A stretch of 64,000 bases of DNA. Origin: Eledone cirrhosa. Lineage: Eukaryota. The position numbers were made by a program, and so were the translations under genes. Positions 44,173 through 56,446 of this stretch are shown in pieces; within the stretch, counting starts at the first letter, position 1; each line of letters begins with the position of its first letter. The notes below the pieces were generated by a model, which made no database searches, had not been told where the DNA came from, and worked only from the letters and a program-made list of their open reading frames with translations. The stretch lies in NCBI GenBank assembly GCA_964016885.1, contig OZ024761.1, positions 14,756,001-14,820,000 on the forward strand, given 5' to 3'.

Positions 44173-44467
44173 TACTACTCCAAGAACTGCCTACCTAGGA
44201 ACTTTCTTAAACCGGCCACCCGACTAAGGAAACTGTTTGTTGAGTCAAACAACGCCGGACGTTAAAACTATCCTCGACACAGAGTACTCATAACCTCTAG
44301 CTGGATTACTTAAACAATACCTTGTTAAATTATATATATATATAACTTCCAACAGAGAAAGGGGACATTATTAAAAGATGATGGTGTGTGTGCAAAAAGT
44401 AAATGAGAACAATACATTGCAATGTTGATATATATTAATTTAACTCTTGATATAGTAGGAAAAGAGT

Positions 44468-44501
44468 CTTAACGTTTTGGACACTAGTCCTTCATCAGAA
44501 G
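44468..44501 (-). ncRNA. Minimal hammerhead (family B), core G mutated
   Basis: ctt CTGATGA a ggac-tagt-gtcc AAAACGTT aag. Stem I ctt/aag pairs. Confidence 0.6.
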
Positions 44502-44696
44502 TTAGAATGAGAAATAATAGAAAGATATAGATGGCAGCATGGAAAAGCAAACAACGATGGTAATTATTATTATATATAATTGAAAATTAGAGGTTATATC
44601 TTCAGAAAATTTACCTAAAATATGTCGCTGTATTTTAAGCATATATATTCTGTTGTTTAATTAAGTTATGTTGCCAAATGCAATCACTTATTTTAA

Positions 44697-45546
44697 TCCT
44701 TTTGATACCAAACTGCTCTGGATTTCTGATACAAATCTGCTCTTTTTAACCCTTTCATGGCTGCATTTCTAATCAATTATACTCTATTTTAATTAATTAA
44801 TGAAGAATTTCGAGGGATTTACTAAAATTATCAATTATTTCATTACCAAGATAGTAATTTAATGTAAGGTTCTTATATAAATTTATGTTGGAAGATTTGA
44901 ATTGGAATGGAAACCTTTAAAATTAGTGGTTTTATTTCATAGAACCACAGCTGGTTTTTGCCTGGTTGGTAACAAAAGGGTTAAACTATTTATACATATA
45001 TTGAAAAACCTATTTAATGTTAGAAATTTTTAAGTGATGTTCTAAATATTAGCTTACTTATGAAAAACTTAGTTATTTTATAAAATTCCTCCAAATTTTT
45101 TTTTTTTTTTCTTTCTAAATTAATTGAAACACAGGCAGTGTATTTCATTAGAATTATGGTTATGAAAGGGTTAAATTAAAAACTTCCAACATAATTTTAT
45201 ATAAGAACCATATGTTAAGTTCATATCTTAATAATAAAATAATTGATAATTTTAGCAAATCCTTCAAAATTTTTCATAAATCTTTGATACCAATCCACCA
45301 GAAAGCGCTCCTGATTCTATGATACTAAGCTGTTTATTTTAACCCTTTAGCATTTACATTACTCTAAATTTACTATAGTATTTTCACAGATAATTATCTC
45401 ACATAATATCGAATCTATGAGATTTTGATACTATTTATTTTGAGAACATTACTTTAACTTCACTATGAGTGGCCACTTACAACCGGTTTGAACAGAAAGA
45501 GGTGAGAGGATTCTGGCCAGATATGGCCAGTTTAAATGCTAAAGGG
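44697..45546. mobile_element. Nest of TTAA-flanked piggyBac-type MITEs (44750-44980 inside 44697-45170, plus 45343-45546)
   Basis: TTAA|CCCTTT...AAAGGG|TTAA boundaries. The TIR CCCTTTAGCATTTA bounds 45343-45546. Further copies at 51342-51553 and 60952-61182. Confidence 0.8.
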
Positions 45547-47137
45547 TTAGTGTTTATATTTATCTAAAAACACTCCATAATTTTATGTAAGTGTATATAT
45601 TTATCTAAAAATCCTCCCAACATAATTTCATCGAAGTGTATATATATATATATTCAAAACAACGAACAGCGGAGGAAACGTTTCGCACCTTTCCGACAGA
45701 CAACCTTTCCCCACCCCGGAAAAAACCCCAGTTGATGGATGTGAATCCGAAATATATAGGGACAATTAAATCTCTCCCAAGGTAACTCTCTCTCGTGTTG
45801 TTATTTTTATTTTTATCCTTTACGCTCTTTCCTTCATTCCTCTACACGTCTTATACACGCCACGCATCTCAACGTACACCCACTTACATCTCTCTCTCCA
45901 CCACCGGATCTTGTTACCCGGAGATTTACCCATTTGCATTGTCGAGGCTTCCAAACGAAGAAATTTAACTTATTATTCCACAATGTTTCAAGCAAACTTC
46001 AATACTCTCTTATATATATATATATATATATTTATTTATTTATTTAAAAAAAACTCCATAATTTTATGTAAGTGTATATATTTATCTAAAAAACTATAAT
46101 AAAATGGCAAAGTTAATTATATTTCTAAATACCTCTAAATTTTTGGATTATTTTCAAAAGTATTTGAAAATCAGTCAGTGTCTTTCATCAGAAATATGTT
46201 CACAAAAAGGTTAAGAGTACTTGAAATTTTGCACTTAGCTCAAGGTCCCTTCCCTGAGGTTCTGTGTACCCATGGTAGGAAACCTCTGGAACACACACAT
46301 CAACATATTTTGAAAGAATACAATGGTTAAAGTCGATTGGCCTGTATTGAGTGCAGGTCCTGTTATCTTGTCGACAAGCCTTTGTTGAAACAGGAAGAAA
46401 TGTTGATGATGGCTGACAGTAAGCGTCTATGTACATATATGTACATGTTTACTGCTTGTTTACACTGCCTGGTCAATATCTTGGAAGAAAAGAGCTTATA
46501 GGAAGTGTAGATATCTTTATATATTTCTATATATATTTAATATATATACATGTGTGTATGTGTGTGTAGCCTAATGTATTGTACTTTTTAGAATCTATTT
46601 ATTGATATACACCTTATGGATCTATATCATCATCATCATCATGTGTTTACTCTGCTAGTAAGTGGCAGTTGCTCGACCTTCTAGAAACGACAGCCAAATT
46701 TCTCTCAGACTATACACCCTTCTACCATCGTCATCATCATCATTATCATCATTATCATCATCATCATTAACATCGTGTAACATTTGTTTTCCCTGCTAGC
46801 AAGTGTTAGACAAGTTATCAAAGACCAAATCAGTACTTAATTGGGGCCTACTGATCTCTCAGCTGAGATGGGCCTGGACCCATCTTGCTTACATATGTTC
46901 TCACACTCTATAGACTGAGAAACACTATGCAACCCTGGCACCAGAGCTAGGGAGATTGTGAAATCTTTGTCAGATTTTTAATGGCTGGATGCCCTTTCTT
47001 ATCAGCAGCCATGTTAGCAAAGTGTGCCAAGTATGTTTTATCATGTCACCAACACTAGGGATATTGCTGCACCCTTGACTCTCTCTATGCATATATGAGT
47101 ATGTATGTCTGAAAAAAAAATATATATATATATATAT

Positions 47138-47696
47138 ATAAAATATTAAAAAAATAATGAATAAAACAATGAAACAGTTCCTTATATTAAACAAAAAAAG
47201 TTCATTATTTAACGATCGTTTCTAGGACATATATGTGTTAGAATTGGCATGCATATTCAACAGATCTATGTACAAAATTATACAAAATTATACAAACTAT
47301 CAAATATAATATACATACCAACTCATATATATGCCGTCTTCAGAAATAATCATTTCTGAAGACGGCATATATATGTGTTGGTATGTATATTTAATTTTGA
47401 TAGTTTGTATAATTTTGTATAATTTTGTACATAGATCTGTTGAATATGCATGCCAATTCTAACACATATATGTCCTAGAAACGATCGTTAAATAATGAAC
47501 TTTTTTTGTTTAATATAAGGAACTGTTTCATTGTTTTATTCATTATTTTTTTAATATTTTATCTTGACTCTGTATTCCGTTTATCTTTCACCGAAAGTGA
47601 TTTTTCATTGCATCTCTTCTTTCCATGATATCCGGATTACATTGAGTTCTTCATACGGATTGGACACTACCGTAAACTCTTGGTAGATTTATCTAC
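47138..47696. mobile_element. Family C element: 425-bp near-perfect palindrome plus unique terminus
   Basis: Arms 47138-47347 and 47352-47562 with a 4-nt spacer. 47563-47696 is homologous to the reverse complement of 33922-34057. Confidence 0.85.
47349..47496 (+). ncRNA. Type I hammerhead with 115-nt stem II insert (mirror copy on minus strand at about 47203-47350)
   Basis: attt CTGAAGA (47356-47362) cggcatatatatgtgttgg...ctaacacatatatgtccta GAAAC GATC GTT (47478-47489) aaat. Confidence 0.75.
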
Positions 47697-47717
47697 ATAT
47701 ATATATATATATATATA

Positions 47718-47905
47718 TAGTGAACAGCAAAGCGTGGATGAACTGAGAGAGAAATGAGTATAAGAGGAATCAGATGTAATGTGCAGGAGAGAAGACTGCA
47801 CCTGTGTGGAGATGTGATGTGGATGGATGATGATTGCTGGGTGAAGAAGTGCCAAGAAATCCCAGTAGAAGGAAGCCACGGTAAAGGAAGACTTGTGTGG
47901 AAGAG
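47718..47905 (+). mobile_element. RTE LINE C-terminal fragment
   Basis: IRGIRCNVQERRLHLCGDVMWMDDDCWVKKCQEIPVEGSHGKGR, a decayed form of RRLRWYGHVMR..EG.RGRGR. Confidence 0.75.
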
Positions 47906-48470
47906 GTGAGAGCTGAATGCTACCATTACACCAAAGCCTTCGGCACGTTTAAAATCATGGCTCTTTAATATAATGGAATCCTCTCTATTTGGCAAGCATA
48001 AAGTTGTAGGTTCGAATCTCACAGGTGCTAATGTCCATTTTTGTTTTCCGTTAAAGGGGACTTATATGCCCTATTATTTAGACTATTTTCCTATAGTAAA
48101 AAAATTTGATGAAGCTTTTAACTTTTTCATCAATTTAAATCTTTGCTCATCCATTTCCATTGCTAGCAAGAGTTAAATGACTTGTCCCATACTGAGTAAA
48201 TACTCAGGTGGTGCCACTGACATCTCAGACATAGGTGGGGGCTTCATCTCGTTTACATATGTTCTTGCACTCTACTGAGTGTATTCTATTTTGGTAATAG
48301 CACTAGGGAGGTTGTCTTTGACACTGCTCAAGAGTTCTCTTGTGTTTGTGTGTCAGCTTAACTGTGAGCATCTTCACCATATTAAGAAGCCAGTGACATT
48401 TGTTTATTTGTTTATGTCTTACGTAAGCAACACACCCCACAGCATTGCAGAGGATAAAGATGTGTAGTAT

Positions 48471-48524
<54 letters not shown>

Positions 48525-48525
<1 letters not shown>

Positions 48526-48800
48526 GAGGCACGTGGCCTAGTGGTAAGGGTGTTGGACTTACGAGCATAATGTTGTGGGTTCGATTCCTGGGTTGCGTGT
48601 TGTGGTCTTGAGCAAAACACTTCATTTCACTTTGCTCCAGTATACTCAACTGAAAATGAGTACCAGCAATAGCTGGGGGTTTAACCCTGCGATGGACTGG
48701 TGTCCTGTCCAGGTGGAGTCTTGTACTCTCAGTCGCTTCACGCCATGAAACCAGGATAATCATCGGCCAAATGAGCCTTCTGGCTTAAGACAGACTTTAG
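48525..48800 (+). mobile_element. tRNA-derived SINE (family 2) with CORE/V-like central motifs
   Basis: tggcctagtgg A box, ggttcgattcc B box, cttgagcaaaacactt, ccctgcgatggactgg. A related minus-strand copy lies at about 52070-52270. Confidence 0.85.
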
Positions 48801-49131
48801 ATATCATCATCATCGATTAAACTCCATCTTCCACGCTAGCATGGATATATATATATATATATATATGATCATCATCATCACCACTGTTTAACATATATTT
48901 TTACCACGCTTGCGTGGGTCGTCCACGTTATGAGACAAGTCTGGCCACCCAGCCATGCCATACCTTGCTCAAACAGAACTGCATTTTGGTAGGGTTTACA
49001 GCTGGATATTCCTCCTAAAACCAACCAAATTTACTGTGTGGAATTGGGTGATCCCATTATGAGCAGGGTCTGGCCAGTTGGCTGCACTGTACCCTGCTCA
49101 TTGAGGAACCATATTTTGGAATATATATATA

Positions 49132-49710
49132 TCTACTATATAAATTGGAAGTGGTCGGACGTTGTATATATAGGTGTAGTCGGATAAACGTTGAAACGGC
49201 TTGAAATTTACACAGTTATGCAGAATGACCCGAGGAGGCGTTGGGTCGACTTTCAAGCTACAAGCTTCCATGGTTACGGAGAAATACCATTTTGTCTTTA
49301 TTTTACTAGGAAACGGCTAGCCAAAGGGAAGGCCGACTTTCAACGTGACGTCAGTATCGTGAACGCTCGATTACAAGATTTGATGTTTTGCGCGTTCTAA
49401 ACAGACTTCTACTGCATAAACAACACATTCAAATTAATAAAGTATACTTTGCATTTCATTAGTTTATTTAACTACAATAAGCAGTTTAAATGGGTGTCAT
49501 TCCGGTGGTTCGTTTTTCACTTCAAAATCATATTTCTGTTTTCAACCTTATTTGACAGTTAATTTATTATGATTTTGGTTTGTTATTCTTAATATTTTTT
49601 GTTTTTCGTGCTCCCTTTTTGTGATTTTTGTTGGTTTCTTGGTGGAGGAAAGAAGTTGAATTCTTATCAGTGAACCAAATCTCCCGGGTAAAACCGGGTT
49701 AAACAGCTAG
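49132..49710 (+). mobile_element. Non-autonomous Helitron
   Basis: Starts TC(TACTATA), ends CTAG, has a subterminal hairpin cccgggtaaaaccggg about 12 nt from the end, sits between A and T, no TSD. Confidence 0.82.
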
Positions 49711-49712
49711 TA

Positions 49713-49768
<56 letters not shown>

Positions 49769-50718
49769 GAGGCACATGGCTTAGTGGTTAGAGCATTGGC
49801 CTTGCAATCGAAAGGTTGTGAGTTCAATTCTCAGACCGGGTGATGTGTTGTTTCCTTGAGCAAGACGCTTTATTTCACATTGCTCCAGTTTACTCAGCTG
49901 TAGAAGTGAGATAATGATAATGATAATGTTGTTGATTTTGTTGTGTGTAATATTAGTAGTGGTGGGAATTAATTAACTCACCTGACAGGTAGGTAAGACA
50001 TTCTCTCACCATGATGTTATTGGTGTGTAAGAGAGGTAGAAGTGATACCAGAGAGGAGGTGGGGGTGAGTGTGTGGGACAGCTGTAATATTGTGTGTTTT
50101 TGGTAGTTATTTTTTAGGGAGGTGTACGGGCAGGGGGTTATTTTGTTCTGTTTGTCTTTTTTCCATCCTCACCAACAACAACAACAATAACAACAACAGG
50201 CTGCAATACTGTGTAGTTGTTTTTTTTTTATTTGGTGGGGAGGTGTTTTTTTTTTTTTTTTACATCCTGAGAAACAACAACACCAATTACAACAACAACA
50301 ACAGCAATTACAACAACAACAACACCAATAACAACAACAGCAACAGTGGCTGTTTGCTGCGGTGTCTCCTAGCCAAGAATTCAACAATGGAGGGAATGCG
50401 AAGTAGAGAGGTAGTTTACATATAAATAAATGTCAAAAAACTATGACGTAGGATAAGACAACCTTGTTTTCTAGAGGAGTTATCATCATCATCATCACTA
50501 CTGGCTAGACTTGTTTTGTAAGGCTGCCAGTTGATATAGTATCTATCTATCTATCAACTAGATACTTCTTGCTCTGTTTGTCTTTTCCTCTCACCCCCTT
50601 CCCTACTTTCTCTCCCTCTTCCTCTCTCACTCTCTCTCTCTATATATATATATATATAATATATATATAATATATATATATATATATGGTGTGGTATGGT
50701 ATGGTATGGAATTATATA

Positions 50719-51048
50719 TCATCATCATTTTACGTCCGCCGTTCCCTGCTTGCAAGGGTGGGACAGGAACTGATGCTGGCTTGATTTCTACAGCTGGATG
50801 CCCTTCCTAACATCAACCTCATTTACCGTGAGTGCTGGGTGCTTTTTTGCCATGGCACCTCCACGACCACTTTGCAGTGGAATGATAGGGACCCCAGTCC
50901 CTATCATCTCATTTCTACAGCTGAGTAAACTGGAGCAATGTGAAATAAAGTGTCTTGCTCAAGGAAACAACACATCACCCGGTCTGAGAATTGAACTCAC
51001 AACCTTTCGATTGCAAGGCCAATGCTCTAACCACTAAACCATGTGCCT
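50719..51048 (-). mobile_element. Young composite tRNA-SINE (family 4)
   Basis: Near-identical copies at 55504-55827 (+), 58669-59005 (-) and 62777-63122 (+). Partial copies at 49768-49912 and 59845-60060. Confidence 0.92.
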
Positions 51049-53639
51049 TTGACTTGGCTCACATCTGGACAACTCGTCTAACCCATGCTAGTGTGGAAAA
51101 ATGGACGTTAAATGGTGAAGATGACAAAGATAATACATACATATATACACATAAGTTCTCTCTTCACAAGCATGTAGTTTCAGGTTCTGTTCCACTGCAT
51201 TTGCACCACGTCAGCCATGTTTTTTTTTACTATAAACTTCTAAACCTCTAGCTGAATTATTGGACATATGTAAACATACCATGTATGTCATCAACATTAA
51301 TGTTTTAACAGCTGTTTTTCCTTGGCTTGGAGCCTTTTTAACTCTTTAGCCTTTACATTAATTACTCTATATTTACTATTGTACTTTCATGGCAAACACT
51401 TTATCTCACATAATATTGAATCTATGAGATTTTGATATTATTTATTTTGAGAACAATACCTTAATGTGATCATGAGCAGCTGGTTACGGGTGGTTTGAAT
51501 AGAAAGAGGTGAGAGAATTCTGGCTGGATATGGCCAGTTTATATGCTGAGGGGTTAAAGACAGAATTCTACTCCCTGACACATGCCCTTCTCTACTCAAC
51601 TTCCACTGGTTCTCTCTGTATTTCGAAGGTGATGCACAAACAGATTATATGTTTGAAATACATTGGTTGATTTGTGTTAACATTTGTCACTATATATACA
51701 CAAAAATTGGCAGTTGTTTGAGTATTGGACAGAATGCCTTGTGGTATTTATTCCTGTTCTTTGCACTCAAATCCCCCCCAAGGTCAACTTTGCGTTTCAT
51801 GCTTTCAAGGTCAATAAATATAGGCACAAATTCATAACTGGGGTCAATTCTTTCTCTATATCTCTTTCTCAATCACCCACTCATTCTCCCTCTTTCTTTC
51901 TCTCTCAACTTTCCTGGAAGAAATCAGCTGTTTTCAGACATGGAGAAGAATAGGTTCTGCCAGGTTTAAAATACCCAGGACACACTGTATGTCACTACAA
52001 CTCTACCAGGAGTTTCTGGTACATACATCATGCATGCATCTAAAAAGTCTAAAGTCTTTCTTGAGTCCAAGAGTCTCATCATGAAGCGACTGAGAGTACA
52101 AGTCTTCCCACTGGACAGGATTCCAGTCTATCGCAGGGTTACTGCTACTCATTTTCAGCTGAGTATACCAGAGTAACTTGGTATGGGCTCAAGAGCACAA
52201 CACACAACCCAGTCCAGTAATCGAACCCACAACATCATCATAAGTCCAACACCCTTACCACTAGGCCTCGTATATACACACATACAAGCACCCAGCCCAC
52301 ACTATAAAGTGATCGTTTAGGTGTCACGACAAAATGATAAAAAGCACCCTACCCACACACTAAAGTGTTTCTGTAAAGTGTTTGACAAAAAACACTCTGT
52401 CGACACTGTACAGTGGTCGTGTGGGCGTCACGACAAAGAGCACCCAGTACTCACTGTAAATGAGGTTGGCGTTAGGAAGGACATCCAGCTGTAGAAGCCA
52501 AGCCAGAATCATTTCTGTATGAGCAAGACATGATCACCTGATCTAGCATTGCCCACAACAGGACAACTTGTCTAACCCATGCTAGCATGGAAAAATAGAC
52601 ATAAAATGGTGGTGATGATGATGATATATGTATGTATACACAAATATATATATATATATAAAGTTATGTTGGTACCAACATCCAGGCCGAAACAAATGAG
52701 GTTGTGTAGGTGTCACGACAAAAAAACACACATTCCACGCTGTAATGTGGCCGTGTATGTAACACGGTAAAAACCTCCCAGTTCCACACTGTAAATGTGG
52801 TTGGTGTTAGGAAGGGCATCCAGCGGTAGAAAACCCGCCAGACAGTCCTATACGAGCAAGACAACCAATCTTGCCTCAAGTGGGAAAACTCCCGTCCAAA
52901 CCCATGCAAGCGTGGAATATGGACGTTAAACGATGATGATGATGATGATGATGATATTATGTTGGTACCACAAAACATCCAGCCCACGCTGTAAAGTGAT
53001 CGTGTAGGTGTCACGACAAAAAACACCTAGCCCACACTGTAAAGTGGTTGTGTGGAAGTCACAGCAAAAAGCACCGAGTTCACACTGTAAATGTAGTTGG
53101 TGTTAGGAAGGGCATCCGGCCGTAGAAAACCAGCCAGAAACAGTACTATATGAGCGAGACACGGTCAACAGATCCAACTTGCCTCTAAATGGGAGAAACC
53201 CGTCTAACCCATGCTAGCGTGGAAGATGGACGTTAAACGATGATGATGATGCTGATGATGATATATACACACACATTTGTGTGTGTGTGTGAGAGAGAGA
53301 GATTATAATGTTTATTATCTCCTTATAATATATAACCAGCAATTTCACTGTCTGTCTGTCCGACAGTGGAAACACGTGCGCGCGTGCGAATGTTTTTTGT
53401 GCACGCGTGCGAATGTTTTTTGCGCACGCGTAGAGAGAGAGTGAGAGTGAAAGAAAGAGACAGACTACGAGAGGGGGATAGCGGGAGGGAGGGAGAGAGA
53501 GAGAGTGAATAGACGCTAAAACACATGCGCGCGTGCGAATGTTTTTTGCGCACGCGTAGAGAGAGTGAGAGTGAAAGAAAGAGACAGACTACAAGAGGGG
53601 GATAGCGGGAGGGAGAGAGGGGGGAATTGATAAGTGCTA

Positions 53640-53855
53640 CAGAAACATATATACATTTCTGTGTGTGTGTGTAATATATATATACACACACAGAAATATA
53701 TATATATACACACAGAAATATATATACATTTCTGTGTGTGTACTATATATATATATATACACACAGAAATATATATACATTTCTGTGTGTGTAATATATA
53801 TATATATATTTATACACACACAGAAATATATATACATTTCTGTGTGTGTAATATA
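53640..53855. repeat. Minisatellite of palindromic units (cacagaaat-atatatac-atttctgtg)
   Basis: Four to five units, each a hairpin. Confidence 0.85.
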
Positions 53856-53862
53856 TATATAT

Positions 53863-54365
53863 ACTAGCAGAAAACCACCCGGTGGGCGGTTTTCTGCTAG
53901 TCTATATATATAAAACTGAGGATGTCTGTCTGTGTGTGTGTGTGTGAGTTCGAATCCCTAAAACTCGAGAAGCACCCAACCGACTGTTTTCAAACTTTAC
54001 ACATGTAATACTTGTTTCAGGGAGTGTTCTGAGGAAAAAAAAATTCAAATTTTCTATGCCCCAGGGACCACATAAGGCTCTATAATTCTTAGTCTTTCTC
54101 TTTATAGATACATACTTATAACGTCGCACCCTTATAATATCTGTCTGTATGTCTGACTCTGCATTACGTCACTTCCTTGATGTGTGTGTGTGTGTGAGTT
54201 TGAATCCCTAAAACTCAAGAAGTACCCAACCGACTTTTTTCAAACTTTACATGTGTATTACTTATGTTTCAGGGAGTGTTATGCACATAAAAAAATTCAA
54301 CTTTTTTATATATCCTAGGGCCCGTATTAGGTGAAAAACTGCGTTGTTTAACATTTTTAGGGGTT
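53863..54365 (+). mobile_element. Helitron-like composite: paired CTAG ends followed by a TC start and a duplicated body
   Basis: actagcagaaaacc...ggttttctgctag|tctatatatataaaactgagg. Body repeated at about 53930-54070 and 54180-54325. Confidence 0.6.
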
Positions 54366-54771
54366 TATTTAGGCCTGTTTTAAAAGTTGGTTTATGCAAA
54401 TGTGTTTTTTATGAATTTCACACAAAACGCACAGACACACAAGCATTACACAATACATACATATATACACAGACATAAACAAATATACATATAGTTCATT
54501 GAACTTGGGTATCTTGGTAATGGCTTTGCATGCATATATATATATATATATACTCACACACAGAGACACTTGTACACACACAAATATAGACACATGTACA
54601 CACATACAAACATACATATATATATGTGTGTGTATGTGTATATAGATGTATGTGTATATGTGTATGTTTATATATATATATATATATATATATAACGAAG
54701 GAAATGTGGTAAGGAACCAGGTGGACCATAACGCACCAAAGTACTCAATACTTGAGGTAGTAGAGTGGGTA

Positions 54772-54902
54772 ATAGGAACCAGTAAGACCCTGACAGCTGA
54801 GCTCAGGCCGTTTCGACGGCTAATTCTGGACTCAGAACTGAGTCCAGAATTAGCCGTCGAAACGGCCTGAGCTCAGCTGTCGGGGGTCTTACTGGTTCCT
54901 AT
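54772..54902. repeat. About 64-bp-arm palindrome forming the end of a family J copy (54695-54902)
   Basis: ataggaaccagtaagacc...ggactcag AA ctgagtcc...ggtcttactggttcctat. Confidence 0.92.
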
Positions 54903-54996
54903 ATATATATATATATATGTGTGTGTGTATATGTGTATGTTTATATATGTATATATATATATATATGTGTGTATATATGTGTGTGTGTGTGTGTAT

Positions 54997-55067
<71 letters not shown>

Positions 55068-55913
55068 TTGTGTGGTTCCCAGCCACTAATATCATCCATT
55101 GTTCAGTATTCAGTACTAACTAACATTAACTGACCTCTATAATCAATTCTTCTCTCTCCAACCACCTCTCTCTCACTATCTCTCTCCACCTCTCACTCTC
55201 CCCACCTTGCTAAAAATTGCTATTAGTCATAATTAGCACTGCCTTATAAACCAGAATGTGTGTGTGTGTGTGTGCCAGGGCTGGTTGAGAATAGGTACAC
55301 CAGATCCTTGTGTGTTGTAAGTGGTTGCTGAAAGGGTTGGTTTAGAATAGCTACACTCTGTCCTTGTGTGCTGTAAGTTGCAATAAAAACTAAAGTGGTT
55401 AGTGCCAAGAAAGGTATTGTGCTGTAAAACAGTCTCAAAACATCCCGTCTAACCCATGCTAGCATGGAAAAGTAGACATAACGATGATGATGATGATGAT
55501 ATACATATGGCTTAGTGGTTAGAGCATTGGCCTTGCAATCGAAAGGTTGTGAGTTCAATTCTCAGACCGGGTGATGTGTTGTATCCTTGAGCAAGACACT
55601 TTATTTCACATTGCTCCAGTTTACTCAGCTGTAGAAATGAGATGATAGGGACTGGGGTCCCTATCATTCCACTGTAAAGAGGTCGTGGAGGTGCCACGGC
55701 AAAAAAGCACCCAGCACTCACTGTAAATGAGGTTGGTGTGAGGAAGGGCATCCAGCTGTAGAAATCAAGCCAGCATCAGTTCCCGTCCCACCCTTGCAAG
55801 CAGGGAAAAGCGGACGTAAAATGATAAGATATATACATACTTCACCATGGGTTGGATGTTCATGGCCACCGGCATATTACAATGATTGCATAACTGCACC
55901 AATGATTGTGTAA

Positions 55914-55964
55914 GCAACTGATGAAATCACATGAATAACCATGTCACAGAAATATATATAATGC
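55914..55964 (+). ncRNA. Minimal hammerhead motif
   Basis: gcaa CTGATGA aatc acatg-aataac-catgt caca GAAA TATATA TA atgc. Confidence 0.55.
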
Positions 55965-56009
55965 AATAAACAATTATGGTGATTTAACCTCGTCTTAACT
56001 ACCATTATA

Positions 56010-56190
56010 ATTGGCAGTATCGGTAGAGGGTCAGACGCCATGCTTTCCAGCACAGTTACGTCCCTTTACGGTCTGAGTTCAAATCCGGTCGAGGTTAACT
56101 TTGCCTTTCATCCTTACGGGGGTCGATAAAATAAATTAACAGTAATGCACTGGGGTAATTGTTGGTCTTGTGCCAAAAAGTAGAAACAAT
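56010..56190 (+). mobile_element. Family-1 tRNA-derived SINE
   Basis: Same motifs as 22464-22653. Further copies at 57023-57210, 61748-61850 and 63668-63943. Confidence 0.9.
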
Positions 56191-56255
56191 TATTTAATAT
56201 ATATATATGTATATAGTATAAGAATAAAGGAACAAAGAATCAGTGTTGCATCATA

Positions 56256-56347
56256 ACATATTACATATGTTTCACTGTCGATCAGCTCGAGGAGCGATCT
56301 ATTATTGATTGAACCTGACTCTGGAATCGAAAGATCCTCAGATATGC
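56256..56347 (-). ncRNA. Type I hammerhead ribozyme with 61-nt stem II region
   Basis: gcatat CTGAGGA tctttcgat...atcgacagt GAAAC ATAT GTA atatgt. 6-bp stem I, GUA triplet. Confidence 0.8.
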
Positions 56348-56404
56348 CGTAGTATGTAAGCTCGCCTCTGATTTTGTGCGAATATCTCCAGTACTTTGTT
56401 ATAT

Positions 56405-56440
<36 letters not shown>

Positions 56441-56446
<6 letters not shown>

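Noticed and set aside
46200-46436. 78-aa minus-strand ORF as a host exon
   Set aside because: Contains a YRPI...LSK pattern resembling a decayed LINE RT segment. No supporting neighbouring exons.
48525-48600. tRNA gene
   Set aside because: A/B boxes continue into a SINE body and no complete cloverleaf acceptor stem is evident. The same applies to other SINE heads.
50255-50350. Poly-Gln coding exon
   Set aside because: The Gln frame hits TAA within the (CAA)n tract.
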